Positions 11,394 to 18,866 of a DNA stretch of 64,000 bases are shown in pieces. The notes below the pieces were generated by a model. The model searched no databases and had not been told where the DNA came from. It worked only from the letters and a program-made list of their open reading frames with translations. A program made the translations under genes and the position numbers. Numbering within the stretch: position 1 is the stretch's first letter; the number at the start of each line of letters is the position of its first letter. Source of the stretch: an uncultured Desulfosarcina sp. (GTDB lineage: Bacteria > Desulfobacterota > Desulfobacteria > Desulfobacterales > Desulfosarcinaceae); assembly GCA_963674945.2 (NCBI GenBank), contig CAXXWQ010000004.1, forward strand, positions 2,720,001 to 2,784,000, read 5' to 3'.

Positions 11394-12705
11394 ACAAAAG
11401 CGATCTTCCGGTAGAAAGCCTCAGTGGCTCACCGCCGTGGTCGCCAATGAAAGAGGGGAGATTTTCGATCTTCAGGGTTTCGGCGCAGTCGGTGCGGACG
11501 GCGCCCGACAAACGCTTCTGACCACAGCCGCCACCATCGAACTGCCCCATGGCAGCGAACTGATGTTTTTACCGGACCGCAAGCCCGTGGTCATGGACCT
11601 TTCCACCGGCAAAATGAAAACCCTGGACAGAAATCCTCACTTTCCCGACGAGCGAATTTTTCCCGTGGCGGCCTTCAACTCTCCCGGAGTGGTGTTGTCC
11701 CACACCTGTGCATATGAGGAGCGACCCGGTGCGGAAATCCTGCCCCTGTTCTCCTATGGGGCGGTGGGCTGGCATCCCGACGGGTTTCGGTCGGCGGCCC
11801 TGGTGGTGGACACGGAACCACGCCAGGACCTTCGCCGGATGCCCAGAGAGCGCATCGTTTCCGGCGTCGAACAGATGCGCGGCCGGCTGCCGGAGAACCG
11901 GCTGGCCCGTCACCTGGAGCACTGTGCCCTGACGTACGGCTGTCCCGCGGGCAAAAACTTCTTTTTGGGCCGATACGAAGCCCCCCTGCCCACCTCCCGG
12001 GCCTGCAACGCCCGCTGCCTGGGATGCATCAGCATGCAGAAAGACCGGCGGCTCACCAGCAGCCAGAATCGCATCGCATTCACCCCATCGGCCGAAGAGA
12101 TCGCCGAGGTGGCACTGGCGCATATCCGCCGGGTGAGCAGTGCCGTGGTCAGTTTCGGGCAGGGCTGTGAAGGCGACCCGCTCATGGCGGCCCGTGTGAT
12201 CGGTCCGGCCATCCGAAAAATTCGAGAAAAAACCGACCGTGGTACCATCAACATGAACACCAACGCCAGCCTTCCGCAGGTACTGGCGCCGCTTTTGGAT
12301 GCCGGCCTGGACAGTATCCGCGTGAGCATGAATTCGGTGAGAAATAAATGTTATCACGCCTATTTTCGCCCCAAGGGGTACGATTTTGCAAAGGTCGTAG
12401 AAAGCATCGACCTGGCCCTTGAAAGGGGAAAACACGTGGCGATCAACTATCTGAACTGTCCCGGTTTCACTGACAGTCCCGAAGAGACGGCGGCCCTGTC
12501 GGTCTTTCTGGAAAAGCATCCGGTGCACCTGATTCAGTGGCGTAATCTCAACTTCGATCCCTTACGCTACCTGAAAATCATGGGCGATGCCTGTCCTTTG
12601 GGTGAACCCGTAGGAATGGATCGGCTCTTGCATATGATTCGCAAGCAGTTTCCTCATCTGCGATACGGCTACTTCAATCCTCCCAAGGAGCGCTTTACAG
12701 AATGA
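11368..12705 (+). CDS. Radical SAM protein of unknown function
   Basis: CNARCLGC (CxxxCxxC), SFGQGCEGDP, NTNAS; overlaps the upstream stop. Confidence 0.88.
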   Translation: MSKPKRVHRQKRSSGRKPQWLTAVVANERGEIFDLQGFGAVGADGARQTLLTTAATIELPHGSELMFLPDRKPVVMDLSTGKMKTLDRNPHFPDERIFPVAAFNSPGVVLSHTCAYEERPGAEILPLFSYGAVGWHPDGFRSAALVVDTEPRQDLRRMPRERIVSGVEQMRGRLPENRLARHLEHCALTYGCPAGKNFFLGRYEAPLPTSRACNARCLGCISMQKDRRLTSSQNRIAFTPSAEEIAEVALAHIRRVSSAVVSFGQGCEGDPLMAARVIGPAIRKIREKTDRGTINMNTNASLPQVLAPLLDAGLDSIRVSMNSVRNKCYHAYFRPKGYDFAKVVESIDLALERGKHVAINYLNCPGFTDSPEETAALSVFLEKHPVHLIQWRNLNFDPLRYLKIMGDACPLGEPVGMDRLLHMIRKQFPHLRYGYFNPPKERFTE

Positions 12706-13631
12706 AATGGATAGCGGCAAAGGTGAATTTCGACCATCCCGACCACCGGCTTGCCACGGACCTGGTGGCCGATGCTTTCTATGCGTTGGGCCTGAAAGGG
12801 GTACAGGTGGAAGACCCGGAGATTGACCTGGATCAGGATTGGGGAGAAGACGCCGTGCCGGCGCCGTCAACGCCCGCCGTCATCGGCTATTTTCCCGACA
12901 CCCCGGAGCTTGCAGATCGCTGCCGATCCCTGGAGAGGGCCTTGCAGCGGCTCGAGAAGAATGCCACCGTCACAACGCACCTTTCCTACACGCGGATCGA
13001 CGAGCAGGATTGGGCGGAAGCCTGGAAAGAGTACTTCTGGCCGGAGAAAATCACGGACACCATCGTGGTCAAACCCTCCTGGCGGGAATATGAGGCCGAT
13101 CCCGACGAAATCATCCTTACCATCGATCCGGGAATGGCCTTTGGCACCGGAACCCACCCCACGACGTCCCTTTGCATCCGGATGATGCAATATTATCTTC
13201 GATCCGGTGATGCGTTTCTGGACATCGGCACCGGTTCGGGCATCTTGATGGTGGCGGCCGCCAAGCTGGGTGCCGGTGTGCTGGTTGGGGTCGACAATGA
13301 TCCCCTCGCCGTCACCGTGGCCCGGAAAAACCTGATGGCCAATGACATCGACGGTTTTCACCTTTCCGTAGGGAATCTGGTGGAAAGCGTGAATCGAACC
13401 TTTACCGTGATCGCCGCCAACATCCTGGCCGAAGTCATCCTTCGTTTGCTGCCCCATGTCCCGCCGATTCTGAATCGGGATGGGATTTTCATCTCCTCCG
13501 GCATCATCACGGCGAAAAAAGAGGCCGTGTTGTCGGATTTGCACAAAAATGGATTTTCGGTGGACCGGGTGATGGAAAAAGAGGGATGGGTGGCCATCGC
13601 GGCCCGAAGAAACGTTTCGTCACCGGAATAG
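12702..13631 (+). CDS. prmA: Ribosomal protein L11 methyltransferase
   Basis: DWAEAWKEYF, IDPGMAFGTGTHPTT, LDIGTGSGIL, ANILA. Confidence 0.95.
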   Translation: MKWIAAKVNFDHPDHRLATDLVADAFYALGLKGVQVEDPEIDLDQDWGEDAVPAPSTPAVIGYFPDTPELADRCRSLERALQRLEKNATVTTHLSYTRIDEQDWAEAWKEYFWPEKITDTIVVKPSWREYEADPDEIILTIDPGMAFGTGTHPTTSLCIRMMQYYLRSGDAFLDIGTGSGILMVAAAKLGAGVLVGVDNDPLAVTVARKNLMANDIDGFHLSVGNLVESVNRTFTVIAANILAEVILRLLPHVPPILNRDGIFISSGIITAKKEAVLSDLHKNGFSVDRVMEKEGWVAIAARRNVSSPE

Positions 13632-13642
13632 AAAGGAGGCCC

Positions 13643-14677
13643 ATGACAACCCGAAAAACAAAGACTCCTGCCGATTCCAGAGGCTATATCGCCGAGATCA
13701 TCGGCGACGAGAGTCTGTACGGTCAACGGATGTTTGCCGGTGTGTTGCTGCACATGATGGATTTCGCCGCGGCCCAGGCGGCCATTCGCCATACGGAAAG
13801 CACCCTGGTGACCCTGGCCTTCGACCGGGTGGAGCTGTTGGACTTCGTGTTTCACCGGGACTACGTCCGCTACGACGCCTGCGTAATCAAGGTGGGAAAA
13901 TCCTCCGTGATGGTCAAGGTGGACGCCTCCATCAAGTCCCCCACGGAAATGACCGTGCGAAAGGGGCACAGCGGCATCATCACCATGGTGGCCATCGACG
14001 ACAAGGGCCGGCCCAACTGGAACATCCCTGCACTCGATTATGAGACCCCCGAAGACTTGAAGATGAAAAAAATTGCCGAACAGCGCGATTGCCAGGTGGA
14101 AATTCGACGAAAGATGCTCGCCGACATCGAGAATCTGGACAAAATCGATGCCCATGACCTCAAGGACCGCTTTCCCCGGGATCATTACTACCCGTCATCG
14201 GAGACGGTTCTGACCATTCGAAAGGTTTTTCTTCCCAGAAACGCCAATGCCCTTGGCATCGTCTTCGGGGGAGACACCATCCAACTGATGGAGGAACTAG
14301 CCCGGGCCACGGCCCGCCAATTCACCGGCAACTTCCGGATGGTCACCATCGCCATGGAAGATGTTCTCTTTCTGCACCCGCTGTATGTGAGAGAAATCGT
14401 GGAAATGTCCGGACAGGTGATCTTCGTGGCCGAGACCACCCTCATGGTGGAGATTACCGTCAAATCCATCCCCCTGTTCTATAGAGAAAAGGCCAAAGTG
14501 ACCAACAAGGGTACGTTCACCGTGTTGAATTTGGACGGCGACGGAAGAAAGATGCCCATTCGAAAGGGAATCGATCTGAAAAAGGCCTCTTCTTACATCA
14601 AAAAATGCTACTTGAAAGAACAGATCCAGTACGAAAACCGCAAGGGAAACAGCGAAAGCCCCAGGTATTCGTGTTGA
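13643..14677 (+). CDS. Tandem hotdog acyl-CoA thioesterase
   Basis: Two hotdog repeats (MFAGVLLHMMD; NANALGIVFGGDTIQLMEE); RBS AGGAGG. Confidence 0.85.
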   Translation: MTTRKTKTPADSRGYIAEIIGDESLYGQRMFAGVLLHMMDFAAAQAAIRHTESTLVTLAFDRVELLDFVFHRDYVRYDACVIKVGKSSVMVKVDASIKSPTEMTVRKGHSGIITMVAIDDKGRPNWNIPALDYETPEDLKMKKIAEQRDCQVEIRRKMLADIENLDKIDAHDLKDRFPRDHYYPSSETVLTIRKVFLPRNANALGIVFGGDTIQLMEELARATARQFTGNFRMVTIAMEDVLFLHPLYVREIVEMSGQVIFVAETTLMVEITVKSIPLFYREKAKVTNKGTFTVLNLDGDGRKMPIRKGIDLKKASSYIKKCYLKEQIQYENRKGNSESPRYSC

Positions 14678-14711
14678 ATGAATGAGGGGTAATTGCGTAT
14701 CGATGCAAAAC

Positions 14712-14739
14712 AAAAAGCCGCCCTTTCGGGCGGCTTTTT
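14712..14739. terminator. Bidirectional intrinsic terminator
   Basis: AAAAAGCCGCCC-TTTC-GGGCGGCTTTTT between convergent genes. Confidence 0.9.
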
Positions 14740-14780
14740 CGGTTATTTTCGTCAGAGGATCGCGTCGGAGCCACCATTTT

Positions 14781-16757
14781 TTAATGGGGATCACCGGTTT
14801 CAATGGGACGCGTCGGATCGGCGATCCAGTCGTACCAACCGGAATCATAATTTTTCGCGTTCGTATACCCCATCATATACGCATACCAGGCTGCAAATCC
14901 GGATCTCTGTCCGATTGTGCAGACAAAGGCGATTGCTTTGTCATGCGCAACGCCGAGAGCCTTCAACTCGGCACGGACCTCATCGAAATCACGCAACATG
15001 GAATCTTCACCATCCACGCCGCTTTCGATCATGTTCAGGTACGGGTAATAGAACGAACCCGGAATCCTGCCGGGTGTGCTGATGTATGCATGGTAATCAT
15101 CGGTGCCGGTGTACTCTTCCCACGTGCGTGTATCCAGCAAAATGGCTCCATTTGGGTCATTCATATATGTTTCCATGTCGCTGGTCGTGGCATTATTTGT
15201 TGCAAGCACCGGATCGGGTATGGTTCCGGTATATGTGATCGGTGTCCTCGAATTGATTGTTGTTTCAACTGTTCCGCCGTTTGCCTCCCATGCGGTCACG
15301 CCCCCGTTTAATACCCTTACGTCCTCAACGCCCACGCACATCAGTGCCCAGGCAACCCTGCCATACAGCGTCGCCCATTTACTGCAAATGACCACGGTCG
15401 TATCATGATCGATGCCGAGTGCTTCGAGCTTGGCCTTCATTTCAGCCGGCGCCTTGAGGTTTCCACCATCCGGTGTGGTCGGATTTTTGGTCTCTTCCTT
15501 ATTGAGCTCCCACCAACTCATTGCAATGGCGCCGGTCACATGGCCGGCGTCATATCCGCCGGCCCAGTTATCGAGATCGATGATGATGTATCCGTTTCCA
15601 CCATATCCCTCCGGAGTGCCCGCTGTTCCGGGATTTCCACCGTTGATGAGTGTGTCCACCCATTCTGCGGACACCAGCCTGTCGGACGTGCCGTTTTCCC
15701 GAGGATTGCCGTAATAGGACCACTCAAACCAGCCTCCATCATAGTTCGCGGCCGGCCAGCCCATCAGGTAGGCATAAAAGGTATACAACCCGGACCGCCA
15801 CCCTGTGCCGCAATAGAAATACATGGTTTTATCTGATGAAAATCCGGAAGTGATCCAGTCGTTTTCCACCTCTTCATAATTTCGCAGGGATTGCGTATCC
15901 TCTGAAACCAGTTCCACCCAGTCTCCGATCCACCGGGCGTCTGGTATGCGGCCAAGTTCGTGGAAGTAGTGATAGTATGAATTCGATGACCCGATATATT
16001 CCGCCCACTCCCGGTCATCTACGATGATCGCGTTTGTGTTGACGCCGTCGATGACGTCATGCAGATCCTCCGACGTCGCGAGATACTGCGGATTGCCTTT
16101 TACAGCGCCGAAGTCCACGGCGGGCAGGGTGTTCGGCGTGGTTTCAATCTCTCCTCCGTAAGCAACCCATGCGGCATAGTTGCCCTGGAGAATGCGAACG
16201 TCGTCCACACCGGCAAGGAGCAATGCCCAGGCCGTGCGACCGGCGGTCATCATGGAAATATCGTCATCCGCGTAAACCACAACGGTTTTGTCGCTGGAAA
16301 TGCCCAGCGAGCCAAAAAAACGCTGAAGCTCGGCAATGGGTTTGACACTACCTTCCTCGGGAAATACATACCCGTCGCCGTATTCCGAATTCGGACCGTT
16401 TTCGATGCTGTAGGTGTCCATGAAAATCGCGCCCGGAATATGGCCTGTTTCGTAACGGCTGCCTACATAATCGGTGCGATTTTCGCTGTACCGGGGCTCA
16501 TAGGATGTATAGAGAACGACATATCCGTTTCCCGGATACGTCGGCGGGTTTTCGTCCTTGATCAGGGCATCCACCCAGGCGGGATTGACAAGCGCCTTGT
16601 AGTTAGCGGGCCTGTTTGCTTCATCCGTCCACGGGAACAGCGATGTATCACGCGGGGAAGTTACGTTCGAACTGGAGGAGCTGTCGCAGCCTATCATCAT
16701 CAACATTGCGATCGCTATCGATAATACAAACAACCACCATCGGTTTTTGCTCTTCAT
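14781..16757 (-). CDS. Multi-rhodanese sulfurtransferase lipoprotein (YnjE-like)
   Basis: Lipobox-type signal ...MLMMIGC; two tandem rhodanese pairs; loops YCGTGWRS and VCTIGQRS; YDGGWFEW and YDSGWYDW. Confidence 0.85.
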   Translation of the reverse strand: MKSKNRWWLFVLSIAIAMLMMIGCDSSSSSNVTSPRDTSLFPWTDEANRPANYKALVNPAWVDALIKDENPPTYPGNGYVVLYTSYEPRYSENRTDYVGSRYETGHIPGAIFMDTYSIENGPNSEYGDGYVFPEEGSVKPIAELQRFFGSLGISSDKTVVVYADDDISMMTAGRTAWALLLAGVDDVRILQGNYAAWVAYGGEIETTPNTLPAVDFGAVKGNPQYLATSEDLHDVIDGVNTNAIIVDDREWAEYIGSSNSYYHYFHELGRIPDARWIGDWVELVSEDTQSLRNYEEVENDWITSGFSSDKTMYFYCGTGWRSGLYTFYAYLMGWPAANYDGGWFEWSYYGNPRENGTSDRLVSAEWVDTLINGGNPGTAGTPEGYGGNGYIIIDLDNWAGGYDAGHVTGAIAMSWWELNKEETKNPTTPDGGNLKAPAEMKAKLEALGIDHDTTVVICSKWATLYGRVAWALMCVGVEDVRVLNGGVTAWEANGGTVETTINSRTPITYTGTIPDPVLATNNATTSDMETYMNDPNGAILLDTRTWEEYTGTDDYHAYISTPGRIPGSFYYPYLNMIESGVDGEDSMLRDFDEVRAELKALGVAHDKAIAFVCTIGQRSGFAAWYAYMMGYTNAKNYDSGWYDWIADPTRPIETGDPH

Positions 16758-17014
16758 ATGGATTCCTCTCCTTCTTGTTCTGAAAACACTGAAACATCGA
16801 ATCAATCGGCACATTAATCCAGCCGACATTAAAATTCGAGCCTTCAATCTGTCAAATCGATTATTTCTATAAAAATTGATTTAAAAATACATAAAATGAA
16901 TCTGGCTTGCTGAACAGCAACCAACCATCTGAAAAATTGTCATAATCAGAGATAATTGGAAAATGACGAATCCTGGAAGTTGACAACCGCCGGCCAATTG
17001 GGCTATGGAATTCG

Positions 17015-17200
17015 GAAGGCACAGGTGCGGGACCTTGTTTGTCCCGGTAAAAGGAAAGATGGTGAAATCCCATCGCATACCAGCCGTTGCTGTGATCGGG
17101 AACGAACGCCGCGATAGACCACTGTCGACAAGGTGCCGACGGGAAGGTGCGGCAAGTAGAAAAGAAGTGAAACGCCCGTAAGCCAGAAAGCCTGCCTGAT
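17015..17200 (+). ncRNA. Cobalamin (B12) riboswitch
   Basis: AGGTGC...TAAAAGGAAAGATGGTGAAATCCCATCGCA...CCGTTGCTGTGA...GACCACTG...GGGAAGGTGCGGC...B12-box AAGCCAGAAAGCCTGCCTG; TTGACA at 16980; a CobT-domain gene lies downstream. Confidence 0.88.
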
Positions 17201-17384
17201 CAATGCCCGGGGCATCGTAGATGCCCGTTTTACGGATACCCGCTGGAAGCTGTCCGTATCGTTTTCGTCCGGAAACAAAGGGCGAGAAGATACCGGATCA
17301 CGCTGCCGCGGGTTTTGTTTTTTCCGGTTCTCCTTCCCCGTGTTCCGGCAGTATCCGATATCGCGAAAAGGAGAATACGGACAG

Positions 17385-18485
17385 ATGCGACAGGACAAGT
17401 CATTCGGTACCCTCATCACCCGGCTCATGAACAAAGAGAACCTTTCCCGGGAAGAATCCAAACGGGCTTTTTCGTGCATATTAAACGACGAGACCTCGGC
17501 CATGCAGCAGGGGGCATTTTTGGCTGCATTGCGGGCCAAAGGAGAGACCGAAGCGGAGGTGGCCGGCAGTTGGGAGGCCATCTATGGCCTCGACACCGTC
17601 AAGATCTCCTTGAACGATGATCTCTGCATCGTCGAAAACGCCGGCACCGGCATGGACACCTTCAAAACCTTCAACATCAGTACGGCCGCCGCCATCGTGG
17701 CCGCCGCGGCCGGGGTTCGGATGGCCCGTCATGGCGCCCGCGCCATCACCTCCGTCTGTGGTACGGTGGACATGGCCGAGGCCCTGGGCGTGGACGTGGA
17801 GTGCGGGGCAGACGTCGTGGCGAAAAGCATCGCAGATGCCAAGATCGGCCTGTTCAACGGCATGAGCCCGAAGGTTCATCCCAGCGCCCTGGGTCGGATC
17901 CTCTCCCAGATCCACTTCGGCTCCACCCTGAACATCGCCGCCAGCCTGGCCAACCCGGTCATGCCCAAGGTAGGCGTCCGGGGGGTCTACGACCGGCAGA
18001 TGATTCTGCCGGTGATCCGGGTAATGAAAGAGATCGGTTATCGGCGTGCACTGGTCTTCCACGGCGAGGTGAACGGCACCGGCAAGGGCATGGACGAGGC
18101 CTCGGTGTGCGGTACCACCTGGTGTGCCCGGCTGGACGAGAAGGGTGGCATCACGGAATTCGTCATCGATCCCAAAGAGATAGGGGTCGGAAACCATGAT
18201 CCGGCGGCCCTCTCCCCCGAAGCCGACATCGGGACCGAAGCCCGGCGGTTCGTGGACCTGATCCGGGGGCGGGAAAACGGCAACAGCCCCCGAAGGCATG
18301 CCATCGTACTCAACGCAGCCCTGATACTGCAGGTCGCCGGAAGGGCCGGCTCACTGGCATCGGGTATCGCAGATGCCGCGAACACCATCGATACGGGGAA
18401 GGCCTGGGATACCCTCCAGCGCTGGGTGACCGCCCAGAACCGGGAGCCGGAGGTAGGGTTGGCGAAATTGCATAACCTTACTTAG
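17385..18485 (+). CDS. Anthranilate phosphoribosyltransferase (TrpD)-family paralog
   Basis: GAFLAALRAKGET, AGTGMD..TFNIST, RHGARAITS, LANP, GMDE; not in a trp operon. Confidence 0.88.
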   Translation: MRQDKSFGTLITRLMNKENLSREESKRAFSCILNDETSAMQQGAFLAALRAKGETEAEVAGSWEAIYGLDTVKISLNDDLCIVENAGTGMDTFKTFNISTAAAIVAAAAGVRMARHGARAITSVCGTVDMAEALGVDVECGADVVAKSIADAKIGLFNGMSPKVHPSALGRILSQIHFGSTLNIAASLANPVMPKVGVRGVYDRQMILPVIRVMKEIGYRRALVFHGEVNGTGKGMDEASVCGTTWCARLDEKGGITEFVIDPKEIGVGNHDPAALSPEADIGTEARRFVDLIRGRENGNSPRRHAIVLNAALILQVAGRAGSLASGIADAANTIDTGKAWDTLQRWVTAQNREPEVGLAKLHNLT

Positions 18486-18497
18486 AAAGGACCCAAT

Positions 18498-18707
18498 ATG
18501 GAACTTCTCATTATCAAAACCGACGACGACTACATCCGGGTCAAAGATGGTTTGTACGAAGCCGTGGGCCTGGACAAGGCCCGCGTTTTTCCCATGGAAA
18601 AACTGGACCGGGTAAAAACGCACCTGGCCGAAGTTCGGGCCGGGGGGTTTCCCCGGGCGGCCATCTATCGCCTGTGCCTGACCGAAAAACCGCTGGAAGA
18701 TTCGTAA
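18498..18707 (+). CDS. Small hypothetical protein (69 aa)
   Basis: RBS AAAGGA, 12 nt after the trpD-like stop; host-like codon usage. Confidence 0.75.
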   Translation: MELLIIKTDDDYIRVKDGLYEAVGLDKARVFPMEKLDRVKTHLAEVRAGGFPRAAIYRLCLTEKPLEDS

Positions 18708-18866
18708 GGGGCCAAGGATTTTAGGGTTCAAGGGGGTGGCTACCAAAAGGCCATTGTTCCTTACCCCACTCGACCCCTTGAATCCTCGAATCCTTCTTCT
18801 CCAAATTGTTGAAAGGCCAGAAAGACGCAAACACCACTTCTTAGGAGGATAGAAAGGAATTTTCAG

